Source: Curvularia clavata (taxonomy: Eukaryota). Taken from it: a stretch of DNA of 64,000 nucleotides. The stretch is taken from assembly GCA_023920165.1 (NCBI GenBank), contig CP089281.1:1-64000 (forward strand). Reading direction: 5' to 3'. The position numbers and the translations under genes were made by a program. A model generated the notes under the pieces. That model had not been told where the DNA came from and made no database searches. It worked only from the letters and a program-made list of their open reading frames with translations. Positions 10,570 through 23,432 of this stretch are shown here, piece after piece; the stretch's first letter is position 1; every line of letters starts with the position of its first letter.

Positions 10570-11082
10570 TTAGAAAGAAAAAATAGGAGTATCGCCAGAA
10601 TTCGAGGACGACGCCAGGGCGTCTAGAGAACCCAAAGTGCTCTATATAACAGGCGAGAACCCCACCAACGCGTCGGCTGTGGGGCAGTTCAGGGACTCTT
10701 GCGCGTCCACGTTATCACCACCTTCGCGTAAAGAATTCGCTAAACACATAGTCTTCTTCGCAGCACGTTTCTTAGCCTGCTTTAGAATCTTCTTATTTCG
10801 CATTAACCGCGAAATTACTTAAGCCAACAATTACTTATCTTTATCTACTTTCTTTTGATACTCTTTACAAGTCTTGTCTAACGACACCTACGATATGTTA
10901 ACACATAGGTGATCTAGACGAGTGCACTCGGAGCACTTTAAACGCTTGCCGTTAACTTTGGGCATCGCGACGCACTGACGGTTGTTCGCAAAACAATAAT
11001 CGTAGGGGATGGGCGCGGGGAGACTATTGCGACGAATCTTAAGAGCAAGACGAAGATATTCTTTAGACCTGGGGGTAGATAT
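10570..11082 (-). pseudogene. RIPed antisense Cys-rich ORF of the outer gypsy element
   Basis: Single frame reading STPRSKEYLRLALKIRRN..YDYCFANNRQC..LKCSECTRLDHLC followed by a charged helix. The start is ATA (ex-ATG) and there are RIP-type stops. Confidence 0.65.
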
Positions 11083-11137
11083 TGTTAACTAGACATAAGG
11101 AAAAGCTTGAGGACAAGCTTAGAGAGGAGGAGGATGG

Positions 11138-11563
11138 TGTTACGAACCTAGGAGGAAGAGGCACGGCGGTTAAGTTAAGAAGTATCGACGACTAGTCGAC
11201 CTAGCCATATATAACGCGGGGGCACGTATTACGTGACCTCCTTAGTGGCGTATGTCTGAGGAAGGGTCTTGGCAGGCTCCTTGTATATAAGCCACGGAGG
11301 AATGCTCTTTATATATAAGCCACCGAGGGTTACTCGGACTCTTCTGACTGAGGGTTGCGAGCACTATAAGTATATAGGAATAGGCATTAGACTTTATAGC
11401 TCGATATATTCAACTTAAGTTACGAGTATAGTACCTACAATACAATAGTTACTGCAGAACCTCTGTTTATAACACACTGTTGCTTTATCTGCGAAAACCA
11501 ACTTAAGAAGGTCTTGACACCAGAAGTCTTATATTACTTCCACTCGAGATCATACTCTTAACA
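11138..11563 (+). repeat. 3' LTR of outer gypsy element
   Basis: Starts TGTTAC right after the polypurine tract and ends TAACA where the tubulin sequence begins. Confidence 0.75.
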
Positions 11564-12029
11564 ATTCAACCCTAAGAACATAATAACTACCTCAGACTTC
11601 TATAACGGCCGTTATCTTACCTACTCTACTTACTTCCGTAGTAAAATCTTAGTAAAGGAGATTAAGGACTAGATACGCAATATCTAAAATAAGAACTCTA
11701 TGTACTTTATTAAGTAGATCCCTAATAACGTCTAGACCGCCCTCTACTCAGTCCTGCCGCGAGGCTTTAAGATGTCCGCTACCTTCGTTAGTAACTCCAC
11801 CTCTATCTAAGAGCTCTTCAGGCGTGTCGGTAATCAGTTTACTACTATATTTAGACGTAAGGCTTTCTTATATTAGTATACTAGCGAAAGTATAGATAAG
11901 ATAGAGTTCACTAAGGCTAAGTCTAACATAAACGACTTAGTCTCCAAGTATTAGCAGTACCAGGAGACTTCTATCTCTAATGCCGAGAAAGAATACGATA
12001 AGGAGGCCCCTTTTGAGGCTGAGGAGTAG
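11564..12029 (+). pseudogene. TUB2: RIP-mutated beta-tubulin, C-terminal third
   Basis: Translates as [97 protein letters not shown]. This is beta-tubulin with C>T/G>A changes. Confidence 0.95.
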
Positions 12030-12442
12030 ATCGTCCTCGCAGTAGGAAGATGACCGTGGCTATCGCATGTGGCGATGCTCGCGCCATAATGCCGCTCTTG
12101 GAGCGGTTGGTTTCAACGTTAACTACCGTTACCCGATCCTTTTTATCTTGATCCCTTAATTCCAAAACATGTCTTCATAATAGGAGCGAAGTACGTTACT
12201 CAAGCGTCAGGGAAGAGACTTCGAGAGGGACCATAGTACTCCACTCAAGTAGGTTTAACGAATTTCGGCACCATATAGGGCTCTGAGTTGTAGAATTAAA
12301 TAATATATTAATATAGTCTCTGATAAGGGGAATATATAAGCCTAATTTCCTATTACGCCAGCATAAGTGACACTTTATTCAGTGCTATACCTCTGCAAAC
12401 TCTTTCCTAGATCTAGCTAGATTCCAAACCGTACTCTTCACC

Positions 12443-12921
12443 CTACTGTGCGTTTTTGCTTTTGTCAGTAGGCATCTGTTGGTGGAGGTGGCTAGCTTTT
12501 TTGACTTTATGACCCTCCTTTACACCTTTCTTTTGCTCACCAGAATCGTCAATATTGCTAGTAGCAGGAACAGGAGATGAAGGATGGGATATGCCTTCGC
12601 GAAGAGGGTGCTCTGTGCCGGTTTGTATCCGACCAATGTCAGATACGTTTTGCGCATGCGAGAGAGAAAAATCACCCGAATCGAAGTATTTGCGTCTCTG
12701 CAATTGAGTCTAGTCAGCTAATACACAACGTACTGACAAATATAGCGCGAAAATACCTCGAGTTGGTGATCAAGCAGGTCCCCCCTTGCTGGGAGCTTTC
12801 CATAGCGGCGAAGCAAACGAACATCTTGCTCGGTAAGAGGCTTCCGTGACGTGAGCATCTACACATAAGGCAGCGAGAGCAAACGTACCTCAGAGCCGTC
12901 CTGATCCTGAGAACGGTTCAT
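12443..12921 (-). CDS. Endosulfine/Igo1-family protein (PP2A inhibitor), 3 exons
   Basis: Spliced MNRSQDQDGSE|PLTEQDVRLLRRYGKLPARGDLLDHQLE|RRKYFDSGDFSL; YGKLP and KYFDSGD are the family signature. Confidence 0.88.
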
Positions 12922-15257
12922 TCCATAGAAATGCTGTGGGTTAGCGGAATATGGTAGGATTGGGGAATGTGGTAGGGTTGGGGAGGGCAGGAATAACGTG
13001 TGGTTGAAGAAAACCAAAGGTATTATGTAAATTGGAGTAATAGACGTTCTTCCTATTTGCTAAACAAAGCTAGAGCATAGCTCGTGGTTGCTTGACTGGC
13101 TGGCAAAACAGCCACGCGTTATACCGGTATGGTGTTTTGTCATCCACCTTCTAGCGTACGTTACTCCACAAACGCGTCTAGAAATTGCTAATAGTCTATA
13201 GTGTACAGATCGTCACCTTAGGTATCTTTATATGCTTACAGACTAGTACTAAACACTGCTGTGGGATTGAGAGCTACTCCTAAGCGCAAAGTGGTGGTAT
13301 GATACTTAGAGAGCTACCGCAAGTGAGCAAGCTCCGAATAAATGTCTTAGGTGCACTACGTCACTATGCGGTCAGCCGGTGTCATTGTGGCCCACATGTT
13401 CTAGAGCTGCTCCCCTTCGTCCTCGTCCCTCCGCGCGTCCCAGATCCGACTGACTAGGTTTTACTAGAATCGGATCTGCCAAAAGTTCCCTGTGCTGAGG
13501 GTTGCGCTAGGTTGGCATGATGTGCGCCTAGCTAGCGAAAGCTGGCTAGTATTCCTCTTAATAGTTAGAATTTTGTCCGTACGACTAAGAGGGCTTGCAA
13601 CCGAGGACAGCCAAACGAATTTAGTGACCCGTAAAATAAAACGAAGACTTCTAATTTCGCGCCAACTCGCTGATGAAAGAACAAGTAGGGGAAAGAGATC
13701 GTTTAGCTAGATGCGCTGCTGCTCCGCTTATCCTAGACGTGTTTATTCCTTTCTGCCGTAACTTAGTTCTAAAAATAACCTCCTGAGCGCTGTTGTCGTG
13801 CTGTCATACGTTGGATTTTCTCACCGAGGAGCTCTAGGATGCTAGGCCACACTACATAGAGCGCCGTGTCATATATGTATATGATACGCTGGGGAAGGCT
13901 TATTCTGGTTCTGCTATCGCGCTAAGAACAGGATTCGAACTCTGGCGCGAAGCTTAAATGGATCGAGGATTTGCAGCCCGTATAAGAGGGTGTAGTGAGG
14001 AGGCTCTCTTCCCGCAACACTTAGCCGTATCCTATAGGCGTCAGCTCTAGTTAAACGTTGCTATTTGTCCCACTATGCCGCTAACTTGCAGTTGATTTTG
14101 GTGGCGAGAGACCTACTCTGAAGGCATTACCCACTCCTTTCCACCCTTTGGCAGTTATTGGGATACCCTTCCAGCATTAGTTGACTCGTACATTGTTACT
14201 GTTCTCTGATTAAAATTTGGGTTGATCTAGATTACCGAGTCCTTGCGAAGGAAACATACAGCCTAGTTCCTTCCTCGAGTCGGTTGAAACCTGATGCCGG
14301 CCATACTCATGTGCCTTCTGGGTGCTCTGCATCGACAACTCCTAGTCCGAACTAGTCAAGGGCGTGCTATAGGGTGCAGAAAATCAATCCATATGTATGG
14401 GCCCAAAGCCTTGACATCTTTCATGCATAGAGCACAATTGCAACCGTGGGTAGAGTACAAACCCGTTGTGTCACTCTCCACTAAGGCTATGCGATGGATA
14501 TCGCTGACAGCGCACATAACACGCCAATCCCATGTCCGCAAACAAGGGCCCTCTCCAACTCCGCTTTAGGCAACTGGCTGCGAAATTTGACTCTTGCCTG
14601 CACAACGCGCCGCTATCGGACATTGAACTGCTTGAGCTCTGTTACTCCGTCAATATTCATGATAAAATAGCGAAGGAGGCCGCAATGCTAGAGCCTAACT
14701 TACGTCACCTAGTCGTACTCTGCAACATGAACGGAGGCCTGAGCCGACGCTACGGCTCAGGGCTCCAACACCACTAAGCTGAGCCTTAGTCCTTTGCCGG
14801 CCGCTCAGACTGTGTTGAGACAATTATATGGTATTCTGAACATTCCCTGTGCCTAGCCCTGAGGCGTCCCTGATACATTTGTTCCTGGCAACGCACGTGG
14901 TCAAGTACCCGGCAATGAGTAGTGCAGAACACACTAGTGTGACGTCAGTGCCACAGCTGATTGGCCACGGCTTTCTTCCCCACAGGCGGCGAATCCTTGC
15001 ACCTAGTCGGTCAACGGTGTGCATACGCTCTCCACCTTTGCAGTCCCTGCGTGACGCCGTCAAAACTCATAAAGCTCAAAAACATCGCTTTTGTTGTCGT
15101 AGGCTAGGCGCTGTTGTGAACACAGCCTAATGTGCATGGCAAGCTCGTGCACGCTAACCACACGAAAGCAGCACCTGAACTTGAGGTTAGCGAGGCCACG
15201 CACAACAGCCATGTTCTATGGTGGTGAGATCTATAGACCTTGATCGGACCCATAGAG

Positions 15258-16065
15258 CTATCTAAATTTGGCTTGGAGCTTGATTCTTCGGCCGTGCAGT
15301 GACTGAGCAGGTGATGGGCTTGCTGCAACACCTGGAGCTTTCCCACCACCCTGACGCTTCGTAGCTATCCTCTTTCTTATGGCTACGTCTGCGGTAGCCT
15401 TAAGGCTCGTTCTTTTGCCTTTTCGGGACGTTTTAAGAGCTTGTTCAAGTCGTTGAGTCCTACGAGCAGCTGCCCTAGAGGCTTGGCTAGCTGCCTTCTC
15501 TGACTTCTCTGCCTTCGCCTTCTCCCTCACTATCTCACTCGTCTCTCGTGCCCATGCCTTTGTTCCTTTGTTCCGTTGTTACAGGGCTTCGAATGCTTTT
15601 TCTCGTGAACCAGAATCTTCCCGAACCCCTTGCTTCGTGGGCAAGCGGGTCAACTCGAAAGAAAAGAGAGCGACTTGATTGGCTAAGCTTCTGTGCCTCC
15701 CTCCCTGTCATCCTTGTCCCTAGTAGTATCTTCTCTAAGGAACTACCTCTCTCTCCTCTAATCTGAGGGGCTGAGTACTGGAGTCGAGCTCTCTCCTGAC
15801 TCCTGATCATCTGAGTTGGTGTTGCTGAACCTCTTGAGTAAAGAAGAGGGGTCAGGGTGGCATATACCGGTGGCTTTGAGGGATCGGAGTATTTGTTCCT
15901 CCTGGAACGAGCGCTGCCAGGGCTTACAAAATTGGGGAAGCAAGTCTCTTTCTTTGATCGTTGATAGCCCTTTTTTGTTCTTTTCCAAGAAAAGCCATGA
16001 GATCGTCAGAGTAAGTCTCTGAGAGAGACTTGAACAAGCACACATCAAGCGGCGGTAACGTATGT
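15258..16065 (-). pseudogene. Degenerate pogo/Fot1-type transposase, C-terminal part
   Basis: SHTLPPLDVCLFKSL (HxLQPLDV motif), ILRSLKATGI and a K/R-rich tail, with frameshifts. Confidence 0.7.
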
Positions 16066-16637
16066 GACTGAATGCGCGCATAGATTGCATAAGAACGGTA
16101 CTGAATTCGTGCGCCCAGTGCGCATGACCGCGATGTGCAGCCATCGCCTGCCAGCTCGGACTGCACTTCGGAGCTCTCAGCCGACAATGAGGAGGTGTCA
16201 TGATTACAGACTAGCTACGGATTGGTCACCCTACACTGCTAGTGACTGCAGTGTAAGAGAGCACACCTAGAGACGGGGATTAATGAGCAGACTCGCGATT
16301 GTATAGCACGCATGTTGTTGAGACTGGTGGCATGCAACTCCAGACTACGTGTGGAGGCGCCGGGCAATCCTCTCAGCAGTCCACCCTGGAATCCTTCGAG
16401 GTTGCGTGTCCTGCAAAGCGCCGGAAGGCAAGCCCGTACCACTCTGGAGGCTAGGTTCACCGGTCCTTTTCCCCGGCACAACGTTCCGAGCCGCCAATGT
16501 CCCCAACTCATGCTAAACGCGTCTTCCATTGCGCTGAGAGTGGACGTAGTGGGAGAAATTGTTTGCTTCGATGTAACCCCCCAAAAATTGAGGCTCCACG
16601 CACATGTCGCATGCGAGCATCCTACGACTCCTCTGTG

Positions 16638-17423
16638 ATGAATAACCCAAACTTATACGCTGCCCAGTCGAATTTCGACTTTACACTCAGCGACGAATGG
16701 TGTTCGGAGCAGTCAAGCAGCCACTACCTCGTGGACACCTGCACTTCGCAGCTGGACGAGCTTCCCTGGGCTTTGCCTGACACCTTTATCGGCCAGGCCA
16801 CTGCGCGCTATAACCTTCCGAACGATTTCTTGTGCAGGTCCTCAGAGGTATCAACAACTGCCTTTGCCACTGCGGTCAACGTGGATGCGAACTCAACCCA
16901 GATTCTGTCGTCCGATTGCGTATCTCGACGACAAGCTACGCCAACGTCCCCTTCCTGTAGCGATATATCATTAGATGGTTCGTCTTGCACTCTGAAGTGC
17001 GAGTCTTCTTCACGGATTTCGGCTGATGCAGAGGCGGCACCCAAGCGCCAGATGGGAAAACCAGGCCCACCCAAACCCGATCCGATCGCACGCAGCGCAT
17101 CAGGCACATCAACGGAAGGTCAAAGCACCACTCGCATCCCACACAACATGGTCGAGCGGAAGTACCGTGATGGCTTGAATGCGCAGCTGGAGAGGCTGCG
17201 AAGAGCCGTACCGGCGCAGCTGCAGAGCGATGATGGAGACGGCACTAGCCAACCAAGACGAAGTAAATCAATGGTGATTGCCGCCGCTATCAACTACATC
17301 GAGACGGTCACACTGGAGCGCGATATGTTACAGGACGAGATCAACAAGATTAGTAGTTCGAAAGGCGGACGGGGGTCGAAGAGAAGGCGAGTGAATCCTG
17401 CTTCTGGGTCAGCCGTTTCTTGA
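16638..17423 (+). CDS. bHLH transcription factor (ORF open from 16497)
   Basis: RIPHNMVERKYRDGLNAQLERLRRAVP...SKSMVIAAAINYI; the Tyr in ERKYR is the SREBP-like variant. Confidence 0.88.
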   Translation: MNNPNLYAAQSNFDFTLSDEWCSEQSSSHYLVDTCTSQLDELPWALPDTFIGQATARYNLPNDFLCRSSEVSTTAFATAVNVDANSTQILSSDCVSRRQATPTSPSCSDISLDGSSCTLKCESSSRISADAEAAPKRQMGKPGPPKPDPIARSASGTSTEGQSTTRIPHNMVERKYRDGLNAQLERLRRAVPAQLQSDDGDGTSQPRRSKSMVIAAAINYIETVTLERDMLQDEINKISSSKGGRGSKRRRVNPASGSAVS

Positions 17424-18889
17424 GTGTTGTAGCGAGCTGCAACTCCAAGAATGTGCCCGACGATGTGGACACAATATTATCTCAGGGAAGCGTGTCGTCT
17501 ACACATGTTAAGATTGATAGACAAATGATATAGCTCACAAGACGCTCCAAGACCTGCATAGTTCTTTCTAGGAATCTTAAAGCTGTTACGTCTCCCAAGT
17601 CGTTGGGAGATACAGAGTGCCAACGCCTAGACTCAGCATTTAAACCATGCTGAGGGTGTTTGGAAGGAGGACCATACGGTAGGAGCCCGCATCGGCTCGG
17701 ATAGACTGGCAGCGGATCTCGTCTGTGTTTATAACACCGACGTGCCACAAACTCCTTCTTTTTCTCAGTGTCACCACACCTCTCATTGTGCCAGCAGGAG
17801 CCCCGAGCGCTGAAGATTACCAAAAGAAAGTCGGTAGACGAATGCAGACGTGCGACAAATGTTCAGGTATTACAAAGACGATCTGCTGATGTGCAGTCTT
17901 GTCAGACGATCGCGTGACGTACGATGGAGACCTGGCCATGAAGCAGGACCTCGAGTTCCAGGCTAGCAAGCAAAGTGACCAAAAGAGACACCAGGATGCT
18001 GTAAGCCGTCGCTGATGCCACTGGCACTCTAGTTCCGGAGTCCCTAAATACTCACTCAGTCTTAGGCCAAGCGTCGACTACTGTGGTTTCTTCATGACAA
18101 CGGAGTGGCGAGAAGCATAGGATTGGACAACAACAGATGATTGATACGATAGCAGCTTATCAAGAAGGGCTACGGCCAAGCTACAGAATCTAACATCAGC
18201 ACAGTGGGAGAGCTATCGCAAAGCTAAGAAAGAAAAGACGGACTAGAGAGAATTACCCAGTGGACAGCCTTCGATCAGAATGTTGGGGATCAGGCCATGC
18301 CTCAGCGGGAAGCTGGACGGAACATAAGCCCAGGGACGAGAAGAAGAGGGTTCGCTCTTCCTCTTCTCCAACACATCTGCAGCGAACACCTATCGCTATT
18401 TCTTAATTTTGCGCTCCCTCGGTAGTCGTTTCCCTCTACATCTTTCCACTCAGCTGCTCATTTCCCTCCCTTAGTCCATCCCTCTTATGCTGAATTTTCC
18501 CAATGTATGAAACCGCGCACGATAGCTGTCGTAAGCCAAGCGCTGTCGTGAACATGAACTCTATTACTAGTAGTGCCGAGCTCCGCCTAACCGACTCGAG
18601 CCACCTCTAAAGGTGCTTGCCATCAGTGGAGAGCAGGAGTAGACCCGCCGCCAAAGTAGCCACTCCTCGGCTTAGGCGGCCTGATCAGCAGACTGTTCTT
18701 CCGAAGCCTCTCCGTATTCGTTCCGAGACAGTGGATAAGGCAGTAAGTACCGTACTTCTACGAGTCAGCATCATGACGCTGATTGGACGTTTAGTGCAAT
18801 ACTGTAGATGCCGGAAGCGCAGTGTGTATAATCTTTAAACTAATAATCATTGCGTCCTGAGCTGCTAATGGCTTCGTGTGGACATTCTG

Positions 18890-19440
18890 TGCGAGCTAAC
18901 ATGTGCAGAAACGAAGTGCTCTGGGACCAGACCGCGCTGCATCGACGGTGGGATGCAGGATTTGAAATGCCCTCACAACGAAAAGCGCCGGGATCGCTTG
19001 AGAGAGTTTGTTGATCTAATCATTCTTATCTACGTTGTCTTACTTTTCACAGAGCATTATAGAGGGACTAGACCTTGACCACGCTATTAAACGGTGTTAG
19101 TGTCGATCTTGAGACAAGCAGGAAGAGAATTAAGGACGCTCTTAAAGATTTTGAGGACGACACACCTCTTACACCTCCCGTGCCGATAAAGTCAATTGGT
19201 AAACGACTAAGGCTGGCACCATCTTTTGATGAACAGGATGACCACAGTCCCAACTCCGGAGAAGCTCAGGCCGCAGCGTCAGTTGGATCCATCGAAGAAC
19301 TAGATTTCTTAGAGAGAGATCAACTAAAAAATGAAGACGCATGTGAAACAGGCTACATGGGCCGCAACTTCCAGGTTCAGTGGTTACGGAGCCCTCAGGG
19401 AAAACTAAGACAACCTGAAGAGGAAGTGTCTGTATCGTGG
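18890..19440 (+). pseudogene. Remnant of Zn2Cys6-type transcription factor, N-terminal part
   Basis: Broken cluster (KCSGTRPRC..KC..KRRDRL) and linker ASVGSIEELDFLERD..ETGYMGRNFQVQWLRS typical of fungal C6 factors. Confidence 0.6.
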
Positions 19441-19464
19441 AGGCAGCTAACAAAACCTGCAATT

Positions 19465-20130
19465 TCGAACCAGATCCATCGCCGTGCCATAGTCTGCGAT
19501 TATGGTAAGGCTGTTTATAAAGCAAGCTCACAAACTAGCCTGCTTGCTGCATTAGAAGGCTGCATCGAAGGATATGAGTTATTACACACACGGGCTGGCA
19601 TGCTTTAACGCGATGTCTCACCGAATAAGCTTATAGTAAATGAAGACGGCAAAAATCCCCCTCTTACGTATTTCTAATCGACCTCGACCTAGCGATTAAA
19701 GAAAAACGGGAGATGTCTTCAGAAATGCGTGGGAAGACTGGTACTTGAGCTATTATAGCAATTAGGGTGCTTCTCGATGAAAAGAACTATTCGTTTATAT
19801 ATGATCTCGAGTCGTTCTTCTGGGTCCTTTTTTAGATACGCATTTATTATAATAGACTAGCTAAAGATGTTAGGGCGACGGGATTAGAGAAGTAGGATTA
19901 CGTAAATATAGAGAAGTTGGCGGAATTAAAGTTAGGGCTTGTGAGTAGGGAAAAACATTTCCTCAACCGGATCACGAAGGCCTTCACGCCATAATACCAG
20001 CTGTTGATTCCTTGCGTGAACAGGCTGCGGCGAGCAGTCATTCCGATAGATAGACCGTGGGAGAAGGAAGATATGATATTGTACTCTCGAATGAAGGAGA
20101 TTCTTCGGGTGGCGCGAATGGATTTGGAAA
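19465..20130 (+). pseudogene. Fungal-type protein kinase (FunK1) C-terminal fragment
   Basis: HRRAIVCDYGKAVYKASS..AGML*RDVSPN..FLIDLDLA..GKTGT..DLESFFWV, with stops and a frameshift. Confidence 0.8.
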
Positions 20131-20834
20131 GCTTAGAATTATAATTGCCGTAAGAGGCAAGGTGTATTGGTTATTAGTGTGGAACTTACTCGCTATTAAT
20201 ATCTTTAAAGACATTTGAGTGTTCAATAATATTGAAATCTATTCTACTTCGCACTAGCCTTTACCTACCTCCCCGCTGATCGAGATTCAAGTAACGTTAC
20301 TCTATTAATAGAGTTGCCTGCTTTTATAACTATCTATTTTAATTTGCTTTTTAGGAGCGAAGTTAAAAACAAGAACGAGATAATAGAATTGGAGTCTAAG
20401 ATGAATTTAAGTTATGTCTATTTTCCTCTGGCACCCAACGCGCCCGACGATATTAGCGTCGGGAAGCTACATAGTGGCGTCTTAGTATCTATATCGCATA
20501 TATCACGTTGTAGGCTAACGAGCTAGTTAGTATTAAATATTAAGCTAGCGCTAATGCTGTAAGTATAAAAGTCGAGCGACAGCGTTAGGTATCTAAACTT
20601 ATGTATTAATTACTCGCATATTTTACAACTAAAAGACGATAAGAAGCACCCGTAGGGCGCTCAGAGAAATCACTATAATTTCGGACATAGACGCAGACAA
20701 TGTAAGCAAAACTATAAAGAAGAATAGGAAATATTAGAGTACACAGTTTATTAAAAGACTAAAAGAAGAAACCCACTACTATGTGATAATTTCTCTTCGT
20801 TATACTGCGCACTAGTAAGCGAAATGCAGACGTA

Positions 20835-23432
20835 TCAGTGAGACACACTATAAATATTAAGCGCATGTCTCTTAAAATACACTAAGTTAAACAGTATGTT
20901 AGAGCAACTAGAATAGCGGTATACAAACCCTGACTGAAGTTCGGGGACTCGGAAATAGGTATCTACGTGCTTCTTTAGGACGTCCTTCTGTAGAATATAG
21001 CGCATCCTCTATTCGTATGAGAACTCTTCATTCCCTATGCAGATAAGACACACCGGATAAGGAAGCACGGTTGGATAGAGCTTCCCGGATTGTACCTCCA
21101 AGACTTTTCTATACTTTGGTACGTCAAGCTCGTCTTCCGCAATCTCGCCATCCTAGTTAATCGGGCTCTTCCTAAAACCATCGGCGCCATTCTTTTGTTT
21201 GTTCGAGGAAGGTGAGTCATTAGTTTCACATATAACTAAACTCACCTTTTTTCGCTTAAGTGTCTTTGGTTGCCGCGTCTCTTGTTTGTAGCACAATCTA
21301 GCCAAGGTTCGCACAAATCTTACCCAAGCTTTGTCGTCCTAAATTGGCTTAAAGAGCATGCCGGCGATAGTAGCTCGCTCCCGAAGTTCAAACTCAACGG
21401 CTGGTAGCGTCAGGACTTCAGCTACGGCCATCCCACTAAGTTACTTAGCTATCTCGATTATATCGATCGATTTATAGAATTCACAGATGGCCGATTCTAA
21501 TCGTTCTCTATACAACCTCTAGTATATACTGCCAAACTTTTGCTTCAAGTCTTCGTATTTTTTATAAAGATCTGTCCCTTGACTCTTTGAGAGTAGGTGG
21601 AAGCCTTATTTATAAAGCTATCCTTTGTACGTTTCTCGCTCCTTTCGAAAGACTGCGAGTGCAGGATCGTTACGTAAGGCCTCCTATTGCGCGTCATCCA
21701 GTTCTGTGGGCGCACGTCAATCCCGTAATAAGCCCATGCGTATAATAGATTAGATAAGAAGGTCTTCTAAAGGGCTTCTAAAGTAGATAGACTAAAAGTC
21801 ACAGGCAATATGCGTTGGCGTGTAGTACTTTTCGTACATGCTCCCAAAATAACCTATAGTCTAGTTCCGTTCTACTAGGTCAAGCGCGCCTAGTAGATCC
21901 TATAAGCTTAGGCGAAATAAAAGCAATACGCGGTCTAAGACAGACTTACTATTAATGTTCCTCCCAGAAGCTCGACGGAGCTGGTATAGCTCTAATAATT
22001 TCTTAAAGTCTGCAACACGCCCTAAGCGCACAAAGATATCGCGGTATTTCGTATATAGAAACGCTTGCTCTATTAGTATACGAATATCTTCGCTAGTGTT
22101 CCTAACATCGCATAGAAAGGGTTAGGTTAGCAATTCTTTTTTCCATTTAATATAGAGTACGTCACGGCCCGCAGGTATATTAAGGTCAAATATATCCTGA
22201 ACACTAGTAAAGTCGTCCTTTAATACTCCTTAACTAATACTAATGCTTAGGATATACGAAACTATATAGAAGGCGAGGGTCCCTTCTAGATAGAAAGTGA
22301 ACTTCTTCCTGCAATACAGTACTAATTAGTAAGACCTCTTAACTCCTACATCTACTATTCAACTTACAGCTTTCTATCTTTTTCCTTATTCTTAATATTC
22401 TCGAGATTGACATTCGCTACAATAGTACTCCGGCTAAGATCTATAGTGCTGCGAACCTTTAGAAATTCGATATTCCTAAACGAAAGTGACTTATTGCTGC
22501 CCTTAGCGCTTGCGCTTTCGATAATGGCTCCTAGTCTCGTAGCTGTAGCAGCGCTAAGGAGAAGAAGAAGCGAAATTTAAACTCGGATATAGCTATAAAG
22601 GGGTTTAGTATCGTCAACCTAGAGCGCGTAGAAGATAGCGTAGAGATCCTAGACGTATATAGCATGCTTTTCTTTCTTGGATTTGTTAAGCATTAGGGTT
22701 GGAATCCACTACAGCTGTGTCAGTGCGCCGCCATGTAAGGGAGAAACGTGTCTATTAGAACATATATTACAAATATCGGTGAGGATATCAGCGTCTATTG
22801 TGTAGCGTGTGAGATCTATATAGCATATGCTAATCCTTTTCTAATAGCTCCGTATTAAGCTCTCTTTCTTAACCCGGGAATACTTCTTCCGCTAGCGGAG
22901 ATATGCTTTGAATGTCTCTAAGTTATATGCGCGTAGTTATTCTTCTGGGGACCTCTTAGTCTTTTTCATAATCTTAAAACAGTACTTAATATGTGTTAGT
23001 CAAGACTCTGTAAGAATAGGGTGCATACACACAAGATAGACCTTACCTCTCCTAGAACTCGCCTTCCCTCTTCTATAGTTTCACCGTATAAGAGGTATGG
23101 TTTAGCTTTGCTAGCCCCTCCGCCCTTAATTGAGCAATATCCTTTAGTATCTCTTCAGCTTTAGAATCTAGATCTGCGTCTGGTTTCTATTCTAAGATTA
23201 GGCCAGCATTTTCGCTCGTACTTAGCTCGATATTTATATCTGCCTTAGTATTGGGGTCTAAGTATATATTAGAGAACAAGTTAGTGTTCAACTCCACTTC
23301 CTAGCATAAGATGGCAGCTAGAGATGGGTTAGGTCGACGCAATAAGTAGCGATTTCGCACCAGAGCGGCATTCTTAACAACAGTAGAAGTGGCTAGCTCT
23401 CTTCGAATGCTTCGCTTCGTGGAGGACGGCAT
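20835..23432 (-). pseudogene. RIPed DUF3435 tyrosine recombinase (Starship captain-like)
   Basis: IRV*ISLLLLLSAATATR(L/P)GAIIESASAKGSNKSLSFRNIE (about 22.5 kb), LELYQLRRASG (21961-21995), MYEKYYTP, RAPTEL and a C-terminal CLLC...KRH zinc-finger-like region; introns and RIP stops. Confidence 0.85.

Larger units (their letters stand above)
176..11563 (+). mobile_element. RIP-degraded, 5'-truncated Ty3/gypsy chromovirus (outer element), interrupted at 3211-10541
   Basis: Stop-riddled RT (YPLP, E*KTAFRIRYGHFEYTVMPFGL, AYLDDILVYS), RNase H, integrase (SMDFVIGLP) and chromodomain (FEVEKIL..YLVK). Resumes after 10546. Polypurine tract AGAGAGGAGGAGGATGG precedes the 3' LTR. Confidence 0.9.

Noticed and set aside
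14532..14777. Short ORF with KIAKEA..NLRHLV motif faintly like ECM13-type proteins
   Set aside because: Too short and weak to support a call without a profile search.
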